From Mobula birostris (Eukaryota), in assembly GCF_030028105.1 (NCBI RefSeq), contig NC_092371.1:63692057-63756056 (forward strand): a stretch of 64,000 nucleotides of DNA, read 5' to 3'. Shown here piece by piece: positions 1-12,675 of the stretch. Numbering within the stretch: position 1 is the stretch's first letter; each line of letters starts with the position of its first letter. The notes below the pieces were generated by a model. It ran no database searches. It was not told the DNA's origin and was given only the letters and a program-made list of their open reading frames with translations. Position numbers and translations under genes: made by a program.

Positions 1-99
1 TTGGAGAACAGAAAAACCCACTAAAGTGGCTTTGCATGTAAAGATGATGGTGAAGAACACTTATGGCCCACTGACCTTACTAAGTCAGCATGTAGACTG

Positions 100-928
100 T
101 GGAAGTAGTGATGCTATGATTGTACATGCCTTGGTGAGGCCACATTTGCTATAGCGGGCTCAGTTTTCATCAGAATACAATAGGAAAGAGGAAAGATCAA
201 AATCAATAATCAGCAGTGCAAAGGGTGTCTTCATGCAGGATTCACTGAAGCTTAACATGCAGGTTGAGTTGGTGGTAAGGAAGGCAAATGCAATGTTAGC
301 ATTCAGTTTAAGAGGACTAGAATATAAAAGCAAGGATGTAATGCTAAGGCTTTATAAGGCATTGGTCAGACAGCATTTAGAATATTGTGAGAAGTTTTAG
401 GCCCCTTATCGAAGAAAAGATGTGCAGGAATTGGAGAAGGTCCAGAGGAGTTTCACAGGAATGATTGCAGTGATCACAGGGTTGAAATATGAGGACCATC
501 TAATGGTTCTGGGCCTGCAATCACTGTAGTTTAGAAGAATAAAGGGGGATCTCGTTGAAACATATTGAATAGTGAAAGGCCTAGATAGAGTGGGTATGGA
601 GAAGATGTTTCGTTTAGTGGTTGAATCTAGGTCCAGAGGGCACAGCCTCAGAATAGAGGGATGGCTATTTAGAACAGAGATGAGGAGGAATATCTTTAGC
701 CAGAGATTGGTGAATTTATGGAAATGATGGCCACAGAGTGAAGTGGAGTCCAAATCATTGAGTATGTTTAAAGCAGTGGTTGATACTTCCTTGATTAGTC
801 TGGGTGTCAAAGGTTACAGGGAGAAGGAGGATGAATGGGTTGTGATGAATTATAAATCAGCCATGATTGAATGGTGGAGCATACTCGATGGGCCAAATAT
901 CCTAATTCTACTCTTAATGCTTTATAGT
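100..928 (+). mobile_element. CR1 LINE, 5'-truncated 3' end (decayed ORF2 C-terminus plus 3' UTR)
   Basis: Reads QVELVVRKANAMLAFSLRGLEYKSKDVMLRLYKALVRQHLEYC from ~260 with later stops; ends in the CR1 3' motif 'gggccaaatatcctaattctactcttaatgctttatagtct' shared with other copies in the window. 100-190 is an older CR1 scrap. Confidence 0.9.
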
Positions 929-929
929 C

Positions 930-1540
930 TCTCTGCTCCAGAACATTTCCCAGGACCCTACCATACATTGTGTAAGTCCTACCCTGGTTTAATCTCCTGA
1001 AATGCAATACTTCCCATTTATCTGGATTGAAAGCCATGTGCCAATCCTCAGCCACATCCCCTGTAGCTGATCAAGATCCCCTGTAAATTTTTGTAACTTT
1101 CTATACTATCCACAGCACCACCAACTTTAGTATCATCTGGAAGCATACCAACTATGCCTTGCACATTCACATCTAAATCATTCATGCAAATATCAAACAA
1201 CAAAGGGGTCACCATTGACCCCTGTGATCACCACTAGACACAGGCCTCCTGTCTGAGAAGCAACCATCAACCAACATCCTTTGCTTCCTATTATTGAACC
1301 AATTATGAATCCAATTCATGATCTCCTGAATCCCATGTGATCTAACCTTCCAGACTGGACTGCCTTGAGGGACATTGACAAAAGCCTTGCTACAGTCCAT
1401 ATAGATAACATCTGCTATCTTACCCTCATCTAGCCTCTTGATTACATTCTCAAAGGATTTGAAGAGATTTGTCAAACACGACATCCTATTGACTTGAATC
1501 AGGTCCTGTCTCTCCAACTGTTGGTAGATCTAGTCCCTCC
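930..1540 (-). mobile_element. CR1 LINE internal fragment (reverse transcriptase region, decayed)
   Basis: ORF 1209..1517 SCLTNLFKSFENVIKRLDEGKIADVIYMDCSKAF and ORF 807..1055 WHMAFNPDKWEVLHF are CR1 RT motifs; frameshifted. Confidence 0.88.
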
Positions 1541-1940
1541 GAGTCCTCCACAGCAATCCCATTCAAGTATAGAATCTGATTTAAATCATTGATGAATATT
1601 TTACAAAGTATCTAAAATTTAGTTTTTCCATTTCTCTCTTTTGCATTTGTATGCCATCTAGATTAGTATCACATCTTACTCCTTCATTTTGCTTTCCACA
1701 TAGAATGTTTAATTTTTTGTAAAAGTATAATTTAAATCCCCTGGTTTGTGTTCTAATGAATAGAAACTTAAAGATTGTGCAAAACATACAAATAGAAAAA
1801 TAAAAGAAATAAGTACAAGGGTTCCTTGGATGACCTTTCTTACAGGTTATGCAAATCATTCCATTCATTTTGAAGCATTTTTCAAGATAACAATAAAATG
1901 TTTTGTGGTGTTCATTAATAACTGGATACAGTATATTACA

Positions 1941-2185
1941 AACAAGTGAAAATATGCAGCTGTTGGAAATCCAAGCAACACACAAAAAAATGCTGGAGGA
2001 ACTCAGTAGGCCAGGCAGCATCTATGGAAAAAAGTACATCGATGTTTCGGGCCAAAACCCTTTGGCAAGGCTGGAGAAAAAAGGCTGAGGAGTAGATTTA
2101 AAAGATGGGGGTAGGGAAGAGAGAACCACCAGTGGTAGGTGTAACCTGGAGGGGGAGGGATAAAGTAAAGAGCTGGGAAGTTGTG
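1941..2185 (-). mobile_element. Penelope-like element terminal fragment with decayed hammerhead motif
   Basis: 'gcagctgttggaaatccaagcaacacacaaaaaaatgctggaggaactcagtaggccaggcagcatctatgg' recurs many times in the window; minus strand at ~2035-2072 reads ...agggttttggcccGAAACATCgatg. Confidence 0.75.
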
Positions 2186-2419
2186 AAAATATATACAGTA
2201 TATATTCCTTTGGTTTAATTATGGTAATATTAGGGTGAACATTTGAAGAAATTAAAACACAGCAAGTGTATATAGAGTGGTCTGATATAAGTTACTATGG
2301 AAAATAGACATTTCTGCTTTATGGAAGATCTCTTACAGACACTTCTCATAAACAGCCCCTTGCATAACCCAGGGAGTGCCAATATAAGTAAAGAAGTAAC
2401 ATTAATGAAGTTAATGTGG

Positions 2420-3890
2420 CCAGAGAATTGATAAATCCTAATCAGCTGATTATCTGCAACACAGAATTTTGAAAGAAGTGCTTAAAAAGGTAGTGGATGC
2501 TCTAGTTATCATCACCCTGTAGACTTTTGAATGGTTCCTGCAGGTTGGAGGGTAACAAATGTTATAGCAAAGGAGGGATAGAGAAAAACAGGGACATTTT
2601 AGTCTGGTGTCAGTGGTAGGAAAAATGCTGGAATTCATAACAAGGTATGTGATTTCCAGTCATGTAGAAAATAACATGATTGAACAAGATCAACATAGAT
2701 TTATCAGAATCGGGTTACTTATCACTGACATATGTCGTGAAATTTGTTGCTTTGCAGCAGTAGTACAGTGCAATACATAAAAAATTACTTTAAGTTATAA
2801 TAAAAACATGAAACTAATAAATAAGGCAATAAGTAGAAATGTAATTATGTTTGCTAATGCATTAGAGTTCTTTAAGAGTGCAGCTTGTAAACTGGATGAC
2901 GGGGAGCTAGAGATGTATTTGGGGTCTTAGAGACTTTTGATAATGTTCTATGTGTAGTTGGCAGAGAGACTATATGATATTAAGGGTAATATATCCAAAA
3001 GACACAGGAGCAGGCTAGCTTGATTTGAGTTAGTTAATGGTTAGAAAGTAAGGTGTTAGAATAAAAGAATCCATCTCAAGCCATTAAGTTGTGACTAATG
3101 GGCTACTATTACAATCAGAGCTTGGGCCATAGCCATTCCCAATCTACATTACCAATTTGGTTGAGATGGCCAAATGTACTATTTCCGATTTTGCTGAAGG
3201 CACAAAATTATGTAAGGAATGTGTAAAGCAAAGGGGCTTCACGGTGAAAGAGCAAGCAAAAAATTGCCGTACTACAGTGTAGAAAGATGAGGTTATCAAT
3301 AATGCTATGAAAAGCAAAAATGGTGTTTGTTTTAATTGTTGAGCAACTGAGAAATGCAGATCTTCAAAGAGATTTGGTGTTCTTTAATATAAATCACTGA
3401 AAGTCAATACAAGTGCAGCAAGCAATTAAGGAAGCAAGTAATCTGTTGGCCAATCTTGCTGGAGAATTTGAGTTGAGAGTAAACATACTACAGTTATAGA
3501 GGGTCTTATATTGAACTTTGGTTTGCTGAGATGTTGAGTCTGTCAAATGATGACAGATTGAGTCGTTGTTCCATAAAACAACAAGACATTATCTGGTTGA
3601 AGCATGCAAAATTCACAGAAGGCTCAGCAGGACTGATGTAGATAGGATATTTTACTTTGACAGGTGTCTAAAACTCTGGGCCACAGTCTTAAAATAAGCG
3701 GCAGGACATTTAGGAATGAAATATGGAAAGATGCCTTTGTTGAGAAGCTGGTGAGTCGTTTATCGTTCTCTACCCCAGTTGTGGGTATGAAGGAAATGAA
3801 GGGATTAGGTCATGAAAATGGCATTGAGAAAGAAGATCAGTCATGATCTTGTTCAAAAAGGGAAATGGCCATTTCCGCTTCTCTTTCTTA
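2420..3890 (+). mobile_element. Old, highly decayed CR1 LINE, interrupted at ~2703-2830 by a Rex/Babar-type LINE 3' tail on the minus strand
   Basis: Patchy CR1 ORF2 similarity (gtagtggatgctctagttatcatc; gattttgctgaaggcacaaaatta as an FADD-region remnant; gcaattaaggaagcaagtaatctgttggcc). The insert begins 'atcagaatcgggttacttatcactgacatatgtcgtgaaatttgttg', the reverse complement of the tail at 5940-6002. Confidence 0.65.
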
Positions 3891-5719
3891 TAAATTTGCA
3901 CATATAGAGATTGCAATGTATTTCTCATCCTAAATTCAGTTGCAGTGCTTCAGTAGTGTTGAATTTTGGATTAATCCTCACACACACCATCTAAGTGCAA
4001 TGCAGAGTTACTCTACACAACAGAAGCTGTGCTTCTGACATCGTTGCTTGTTATTTGTGATCATCTGGTGCATCCTTTCCTAATTGCCTAGGTAGCTTAG
4101 GATGTATTAGAATGTTGGCTGCATAAAAAAAGAGTGAATATTACCAAGTGCTGCTTATTTGATATTGCAATTCAGCTCCAGAAACAGATGGAGACTGAGA
4201 TCGGAATCTTTGACTGCAAGAAGCCATTTTAAAGGTTATGTAACTCATATTATTCATTGTGATGGAGTCTGGCAGGATGTGAATGACTATGTTTGTAATT
4301 AATTAAATGAATGAATGGAGAACTGAAGTACTATTTATTGAAGTCCACACCCTTTGTATTTGTACTTTCCCTCTTCCCTCCCACCCCCACCCATATTAAA
4401 GACAACTTATTCAGAATTATAGGGCTCATCTTCTAATTAATATTACACCTTTCTTTCAAATGGTGCTACCAGCAATTAGTACAATAGACAGTGCTGAGAT
4501 GTTAGAAATTAACAGATCACAAAAAATGCAAGTTAATTGTTCAGTATGTATCCACACTTGTGTGCAACTAATTGAGTATGCACCTTATAGATCAGAGGAT
4601 ATTTCTAGCCTTGCCCTTCAAAATGGGAAAATGACATCCATTTAAAAAGAGACAATGATGAAGTGTGTCTTGAGATATTTAAGCAGGTGGAAAGGTGTGC
4701 TTTGAATGCTTGCTCTGCAGCTTCATTTTAGCTTTCATACACTTTGGGGCCTGCATAATTTGTGCATGTACTTGATATAATAAGGACATGATCTGCCTTT
4801 CCTTGACAGCTTACCTCAGACTGTTAATTGTTATTTTGTCTTGGCTATCACATCTTTTAACTGTTGTATACAGCTTCTACTGGTGCAGTGGCATGAGGCT
4901 CCTGTGATGTCAAGTGCCCCAGCATCTCACAAGGTCCGATCTTTCACTGCAGCATTAGTGTCGTCACATCGCCAAAACCAAAGCACGAAATGGAGGCAAT
5001 CTTTATCCTTGACCTGCTATTTCCAGATATGCCCAGCAAGAATCAAGGTGTCTCTTTTAAACACCAGCTGCAGCTCAATATGGGCCAGGCACTCACCAAG
5101 CAGAATTAATTAGAACATTGTGAATTCCAGCAAGGTTGGCCCAGTGTGACTTTGGCAAACACAAAATTCATTCTGCTTTGGTCTGTCTGTTTAAGCAATG
5201 AAACTGGGAAACATCCTAATGAGAGCACATTTTCCTGAATAAGCTGTTTAGAAATGGAAGCTCTTTGACATCCAGGATGAATTTCCGAATACCCAATTAC
5301 ACCAAACTATCTCAGGAATGAAGTTGTGAACAACCAGTTACTGAAGGACATTGTAACAGATGTTTTCAGTAACTTGGTGGTTTCATTGAATATCCAGGCC
5401 AGAGTCCTGAAGGTAGGCACTCAGCTAGCTTCTAAACATAGATCACATTGAGTTGTTTCCCCAGATTATTCTTTGTCCTTTAGGATTGTTCATGTTCTTC
5501 AGAGCCCAGTGAATAAATTCTTTCTTGCCATTCACATGATGTCCTGCTATTATAGAATCAAAGCTTTCCTACACAAATTTATACAATACAAACTTTTCTA
5601 AACAAATACAGTTCAGTTTTTGTTATAGCTAAATCAAAATGGGTATAATGATGAACAGAACTGACAAGCAATTGATTTTAAAGAGATAGACAGAAGAATT
5701 ATAACCAAAGGTTTCAAGG

Positions 5720-6002
5720 GGTCAGCCAGCTCCATCATGGGCACTGGCCTCTATAGTATCCATGACATCTTCAAGGAGCAATGCCTTATAATGGCAGCTT
5801 CCATCATTAAGGACCCCCATCACCCAGGGGATGCCCTCTTCTCATTGCTACCATCAAGGAGGCAGTACTGTTTTGTCTGTGTGTATATATTTGCATTGTA
5901 ATTCACAGATTTTTATTATTATGTATTGCATCGTACTTCTGCCGCAAAAACTGCAAATTTCACGACGTATGCCAGTGATATTAAACCTGATTCTGATTCT
6001 GA
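5720..6002 (+). mobile_element. Rex1/Babar-type LINE 3' end
   Basis: Matches 22215-22588 (gccagctccatcatggg...atcattaaggacccccatcacccagg...) and ends in an (ATTCTG)n tail 'ttaaacctgattctgattctga'. Confidence 0.8.
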
Positions 6003-6105
6003 AAATTGGATCCAAAATGCATGTGGGAACATTTATCAGTAATAATAACTTCATCACTCAATAATGTTTTAGTACAATTTTTTGACCTCATAGAGTTATT
6101 GACTT

Positions 6106-6975
6106 TGTTACGTAACCGGCAACAATGAATATCAATCGAGTCAGGTTATATAAAAACAACCAAACATTTATTAAACACGGATAAACAATAAAAAACAAAT
6201 GAAAACCTTACCTGGAAGTTAACCGCTATGCGACCGTTCAACAAACCGTCACTTGGTGCTGGTTCTTTAAGCGATAAATGTGAAAACAGTTCTTAAAGCG
6301 GTAAGGTCAAATGCTGTTCTTAAAATCATAAATTCGAAAGTCCAACAGATTTATACATTCAATTGGGAGAGACTTCTCTGGAGAAGGATTTCTTCATAGA
6401 CGCGACGTTCCTGCCGGTTCTGTCCAAAGGATTCGCGATGAAGGAAATAAACAGCTTAAAACAACGACCTTAACTTCGAGACAGCAAATCCTGCTTGAAC
6501 TACCTTTCTCTTTTGGCAGGAGTTATCTTCGATGCAGGTCGCTACTTCTTCAACGAAGACTCAATAAGGTCGATCCTTTGTTAACCTGCCGAACGTTCCC
6601 GACTTCTCTTAATCCTTCATATCCTGTACTTCGATAAAGTCTTCACTCTCCAATACTACTGAAGAGGTACATCAACAAATCTGGCAGAAAGGGTGAACTG
6701 CCAATCCAGCACTATTGTACCTTACAATAGAATGTAAAACTCTGTTTTAAAAATGAAACTGCGTCATAAAACAAATACGCAACGGAACGGAAACACTGAC
6801 GAACGTTCTAGCTGGAAAACTAAACTGCATCACCAGAGGTCTTCCCTTTTATATCCATGGTAAACATATCATCACGTGACCTCACATCGGCGGGAAAATT
6901 ACATTAGGTGACCTCCAAAAGACCATTACATCATTCTCACAAGAAAGTCACAAGATCTCCTTGAGGTATACAACA
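6106..6975 (-). mobile_element. Solo LTR (870 bp)
   Basis: TGTTA...CAACA termini; exact 4-bp TSD ACTT (6102-6105, 6976-6979); minus-strand TATA (GATATAAAAG, ~6846-6855) and AATAAA (~6167-6172); CpG-rich relative to the flanks. Confidence 0.85.
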
Positions 6976-7839
6976 ACTTATACAAAATTGAAAAAGACCC
7001 TTCACCTCAAATTGTCCATGCCAATGTCACCCCAATTATCAATACTGTATGCTCAAATATAACCCCTGGAATATTGATCTGTCTCATCACTGTGTACAGA
7101 ACCATCTGTCTTCACCATGTTCTCAACAAATGCACTTTCCCTCAGCAACAGAGTAAGAGATAGACTTTGGGACCAACTTCACACTTATTTTTAGGTGTGA
7201 GGTGGGCACAGATATACTAATTTAGCAGTAAAGCAGTGTATGCCAGTATGCAAGAAGAATCTTGGAACATCATCTGATATTTAAAAGTGCTATTTAAGTG
7301 CAAGGAATTTTTGGTGAGTTCTCAAGCTTGGCAGGCTATACAGTCTGTGAAATTCTTCCCAGTTGCTTTGAGTTCCACAAAGTATTTGATTTGGCAAAGG
7401 TGTGCAAAATTATGATTTACCATGCAATTCTTGGCCAACCCAGGGTGCTGAAATGTTCCGTCCTCTGCTGCACCTGCTCACTCAGCACATTTACATTGGA
7501 TATTCTAGGGGTTCTTGGCTCAGCTCCTCTGGAAGCTAATGGCGTGCTTGCTACTGAAAATCAGCAATGTAACAACTTAAAAAAGGAATCTCCAGAATTG
7601 ATGAAGCATGCGTTCAATCTTGCAGCATCAATCAATCTCGAATCCTCATATCTCGTCACCAGTGACCAAAAAACAAAGGTGAGAAATGAGATGTCACTTA
7701 GGATTTCTGTTACTGCAACAGATTTTAGCATAAGGCAGTATCATCAAAACTGAAATGGAGATTAATAGTTTCTACACTAATTAGCAGTTTATTTGTGAAG
7801 GTTCTGCAATTCTACTATGAATACACATATTAACTTGTT

Positions 7840-7925
7840 TTAGCCATATATATATATTATATATGGCTAATCCTATATTATCTATTATATCCTATATATG
7901 GCTAATCATATATATCATATATATA
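7840..7925. repeat. (TA)n-rich low-complexity patch with short inverted repeat TTAGCCATATA...TATATGGCTAA
   Basis: Directly visible; TATATGGCTAATC occurs twice. Confidence 0.7.
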
Positions 7926-8138
7926 GTATGAGTTCACCAGTGATCAAGGCAAGATGAATTTGTTCTGAATATTAAGCAAGTTAATTTCTGAATGCATATG
8001 TGGTCTACAGATTCAGGTGATATTAAAGTACTTGTGTCATTGCACTGGGATCTCAAATCTGACCTTGTAAAATCCTAATTTGCTTTCCAAAGGGTGTAAA
8101 CTGGCCCTTCTCCAACATCACAATGACAAGGGATGTAA

Positions 8139-8329
8139 CACAAACAGAATCCTGGAGAACTCTTCAGGTCATGAAGCATCTATGGAGAGTCCCAATGAAG
8201 GATCTCAACCCGAGACAACATCTGCTCTTTTTTCCCTCACCATAGATGCTGCCTGACATGTTGAGTTCCTCCAACATTGTATGTGTTTTACTCTGGATTT
8301 CCAGCATCTGGAGCAGCTGTTATGTTTAA
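8139..8329. mobile_element. Penelope-derived fold-back mini-element with central hammerhead remnant
   Basis: Left arm ...ctggagaactcttcaggtcatgaagcatctatgg pairs with right arm ccatagatgctgcctgacatgttgagttcctccaacat; centre agtcccaatgaaggatctcaacccgagac; flanked by GGATGTAA at 8131-8138 and 8330-8337. Confidence 0.7.
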
Positions 8330-8999
8330 GGATGTAATGCTCTAGCCAGCCAGGAAGGAGAAGGGAAGGCCAACTTCATTGGGATACTTCTCTTAACAGA
8401 ACATTGGGAAAATAGTATTGTTGCTATTGCATTGAAGAGACAAGACATCACAACAATATCCTTCTGAAGTAGGAAGTGTTTTCTCATGCAAACATCTTAA
8501 TTGAAAAAGAAAATGAGAGTGAAAATGGTCAGAATGAGGTCAAATAGAAATCAGGCCTGATAGTTGAGTTAGAAAACTTGATAGTGCCCCACTTAAAGTA
8601 ATTAATTACTTTCGAAATTATTTCAACTAGTCACATTCAAAGTTTGTGAAAACTAGTAAGGTTTGGAGCTATAACCAGAGGTGAGGAAAAATGATTGTAG
8701 GTATGTATTTATGATGGGAGATGTATTACAATATTGCAACTGCATGCGCTGAGAGGGAAGTTGGTACGCTAATGAAAGAGCACATCCAGCTGTATTCAAC
8801 CAGTCAGGCAACATAGTTTTATCAAAGCACTCCGTTTTAAAAAAGAGTGGAGCAATTTCAGCTAGTACAGAATATTACCTTAAACACAGTCAACAGATCA
8901 ATGGCAGGTGTAATGTTGAGAGCTCTGACAATTCTCATCAATATCAGTGATGGAAAAATATTGCTCTTGTGGGTAGTTAGGGCCCAAAGACCCAGGTGA

Positions 9000-9463
9000 A
9001 AGAGATTCCTGATTATGTTTATGAAAATGTTCAAAGAATGAAAGGGCCTGTATTCACTTGAGTTTAGAAGAATGGGGAGGGGGGACCTCATTGAAACCTA
9101 TTGAATGTTGAAAGGCCTCAACAGAGTGGATGTAGGGCGGATGTTTCCTATAGTGAGCAAGTCTAGGACCAGGAGTTACAGCCTCAGAATAGAGGGATAT
9201 CTATTTAGAATAGATATTAGGAGGAAGTTCTTTAGCTAAGCGGAGGTGATTCTGTCGAATTTATTGCCACAGACGACTATGGAGGCCAAGTCATTGGGTA
9301 GATTTAAAGCAGAGGTCGATAGGTTTTTGAATAATAAGGGTGTCAAAGGTAACAGGGAGAAGCAGGAGAGCGAGGTTGAGAGGGAAAATAAATCAACCAT
9401 GATCAAATAGAATGGACTCAATGGCCGAATAGCCTAATGCTGCTCCTATGTCTTATGGTCTTA
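9000..9463 (+). mobile_element. CR1 LINE 3' end
   Basis: gggcctgtattcacttgagtttagaagaatgggg...cctaatgctgctcctatgtcttatggtctt; same family as 232-928 and 62447-62871. Confidence 0.9.
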
Positions 9464-9940
9464 AGTGCAATGGACTTGAGCCTATCTGCTACTTAAGTCT
9501 GCGGTTCCTACGGTGGGATCATCAAGGACTCAAAGGTGGACTAGCATTTTGATTCTAAGACACCAGTGCATAGCACCAGCACTGCAGCAGTGAAGTCAAT
9601 GTGATTCAGTTCAATCTGTAAAATGTAAAAATATGTTAACCAGTTTATGTTTTCTGTTACTTTGCTTAAAGCACTGTTCTTCATGTGACATTGATTGTGA
9701 ACGGAAATTGTTCATTTAAGATCAGTTGTGCTTCAATGTTTTGTTGTGTTGTAGAGACAGCCTCTGAAGAGCTCTTGAATAAAGTATAGCATGTTTAAGC
9801 TCCTTTTGTTAAAAAAGGACTTTGTAAAAGATTCAAAATCCACTGATGGCACATACTTCCCGGTCACTTCACTTCAAATGAGTGCAGCTAAATGAGAGTG
9901 ATGATGTAAATTCCAAACAAAGGGAAATCCAGGTTTTAAG

Positions 9941-10022
9941 CACCAGAGGTTCTGTAGATGCTGGAAATCTTTTGCAACACACACAAAATGCTGGAGGAAC
10001 ACAGCAACTCAGGCAGCATCTA
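9941..10022 (-). mobile_element. Penelope-derived short repeat (fragment)
   Basis: tctgtagatgctggaaatcttttgcaacacacacaaaatgctggaggaacacagcaactcaggcagcatcta. Confidence 0.75.
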
Positions 10023-10574
10023 GTCTATCCAGGTCTAATACGCTTGTATGTACAGTATATTGGTTGCTCTATCCATTATGGCCCTTTTTCAAAAGACTGT
10101 CCCTTAAGCGCCATGAAGAAGCACCATAATACTATATATTTTAAATGTTCTATAGAACATTTGCGTGTGAAAATGTGATATTTTTTGTTAAGTTGAATGA
10201 GCTCAGCTATTAGTTGAGCATGCGGTTTCCAACGCTGTCACTTTAAAGGATCATCCAATATACAGAGCATCACAACGAATTGACCTTTCCCTCCCTGCCT
10301 TCTAGAGGTCATTTACTCCTGCCATTTGTATTCTGGCAGGACTTCCCTAGTGCAGGACAAGTAGAAAGAGAGCAATGAAGGCCAGAGAATCTGTGAGGAA
10401 AAGAACATATTAACAGTGGATCTTCAGAGTTTAGCCTCCTAAACTTTTCAGTGAAGCTATTGATTGTGCGCCTTCACTTCAACAATAAAGCCTTTTAATG
10501 AACAATGTAGTTTCTTGCTATGGACTTCAGTACCAATGGTTCTCAAGGTCATCATGGTTCTTAACTTTGATACC

Positions 10575-11708
10575 GTAGAATTAGGGCATTTTGCCCAACA
10601 AGTCTGCTCTGCCATTTCTTCAAGGCTGATCCAAATTTCCCCTCAGCCACAGTCTCTTGTCTTCCCCCCGTATCCCTTCATGCCTTGACCAATCAAGAAT
10701 CTATCAAACCCTACCTTAAATATGCCTAAAGATTTGGCCTCCACAGCTGCCTGTGGCAACAAATCCCGCAGGTTTACCACTCTCTGGCTAAAGAAATTCC
10801 TCCTCATACCTGTTCTAAAAGGAAGTCCCGCTATTCTGAGGCTGTCTCCTCTGGTCTTAGACTCCGCCAACATAGGAAACATCCTCTTCAAACCCACTCT
10901 GTCAAGGCCTGTCATCATTTGATAGGTTTCAATGAGGTCACCCCTTGTTCTTCTGAGTTCCAGCGAATACAAGCCCAGAGCAATCAAACGCTCTTCATCT
11001 GACAAGCCATTCAATCCTGGAATAATTTTCACAGAGCTCAGAAAAAGCAACGCAATGGACTTTTAACATCGTAAACCAGCAAGTTGTTTGTTATGTCTCC
11101 CCTCTTGCTGTGAAACAGAGACATCTCTTTCTCCCTTATTAGGGAGAGAGAGAACCTGTGGTATGTCGAATACTGGGTGAACACGTAGTCTTTGGAGTAC
11201 TGCAAGTCTTGTGATTTTGCTTTTGCTTTTGCTGCATGCTTGAGTGTTCGGTGGTGGGTACCGATGCTTTTTTTGCCGGTGGGGGTAGGGGGTATCGTTG
11301 CTTGCTGCCGCTTACACGTGGGAGGGAGGGAATCGGTGGGGTCTTTGGGGTTCTAACATTTAACTGCCATTCATTCTTTGGGGCACTCCTCTGTTTTTGT
11401 GAATGGTTGCAAAGAGAAAGCATTTCAAGATGTATATTGAATACATTTCTCTGACATTAAATGTACCTTTGAAACTTTGAATCTTTAAAACTTTGAACCC
11501 CCTTTGAACCCTCTCAAGTTTCAGCACAATCCTTCCTAGGATAAGAGGCCCAAAATTGCTCACAGTACTCCAAGTGAGGCCTCACCAGTACTTTGTAAAG
11601 TCTCAACATTACATCCTTGCTTTTATGTTCTTGTCCTCTTGAAATGAATGCTAACATAGCATTTGCCTTCCTCACCACAGACTCAACCTGCAAATTAACC
11701 TTTAGGGA
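10575..11708 (-). mobile_element. CR1 LINE 3' part, split by an insertion at ~11031-11497
   Basis: ORF 11514..11732 LKVNLQVESVVRKANAMLAFISRG..KSKDVMLRLYKVLVRPHLEYCEQFW and ORF 10643..11050 IPGLNGLSDEERLIALGLYSLELRRTRGDLIETY are consecutive CR1 ORF2 segments. Confidence 0.92.
11031..11497 (+). mobile_element. Non-autonomous retroposon with LINE-derived (CTTTGAA)n 3' tail, inserted in CR1
   Basis: Interrupts a contiguous CR1 reading; ends 'ctgacattaaatgtacctttgaaactttgaatctttaaaactttgaa'; similar tails at 40640-40712, 48340-48430, 52570-52623. Confidence 0.65.
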
Positions 11709-12675
11709 ATATTTGGAACCAGGACAGAACACGTCCTGTTTATCACTTCTATTAGGAACTAGAGCAAGGGTCCAGAGATAACCGTTGGAGATGGTTCATT
11801 AATCCTGTTTGGCATCAGATATCTGCTAGTATGATTTTCTACTTTTGGGGCTGGTCAAGAATGGAAATATTCTTCTACACTAATGATGCAAGAAATCTAA
11901 GAGGAGAATTATAAATGTATTTTCTAATCAGATGGCGCTGTTGACTGTGCAAGTTACTCCGTTTTATTTTGTTTATGAGGTTATCATCAAAATTCCAACC
12001 ATCGAATTACTCTCAAATAACCCTCCGAGGCATTTGTTATTTCATACAATGTATGCTATCAGCGATATAAACCTGTCATTGACTAAACAAAAATGACTGC
12101 AGACAATTCATGTGACCAGTAAATTAAATAAAAATGAGTTAGCATTAGAACAATGGAGCGTGTAGAATTTCATAAAAGGGCCTGGAGTAAGCAATGACTA
12201 TATGAGTTGGAGAACTGATAGTGGCTGGGAAAATAATTTAAATGCATTATGGTGAGGGATTGAAAGTGAAACGTAATAAAATGTTGGTGATTTAGCAGAA
12301 AGATTTTCATCATGAGAAAATGGCCCTGGCACTTGCAATGAAGTTTGAGCTGAAAAAAAATCATAATCTAATGCTTGGAACTATATTGTGACTATCTTGT
12401 TTTCTTTATCAGATTTGAACAAGATTTGTATTGTGTAGTCAGTGACACGTCTGGTGTGATGATACCTTAAAACTACAAGAGTGAAGCAAACAAACTCAAT
12501 ATTTTCTGAGCCTGAGGATAGTCGCCATCTTGGAATGATTAGTAATTGGATTTTTTTATTTATGAATATAAACAGTTGTAACATGATCAAATAAATATGC
12601 AGCATTTAGCTTTAAGCAGTGTTTGAAAATATTTTTAAGAAATTGCAAGTACTTAAAAACAAGATTAAAATTAAA

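Noticed and set aside
406-810. Short antisense ORFs overlapping LINEs (also 30278-30676, 44062-44508, 57386-57811)
   Set aside because: Shadow frames of transposon coding sequence.
7298-7753. 151-aa ORF in unique sequence
   Set aside because: Non-ATG start, no recognisable domain and no clear splice boundaries.
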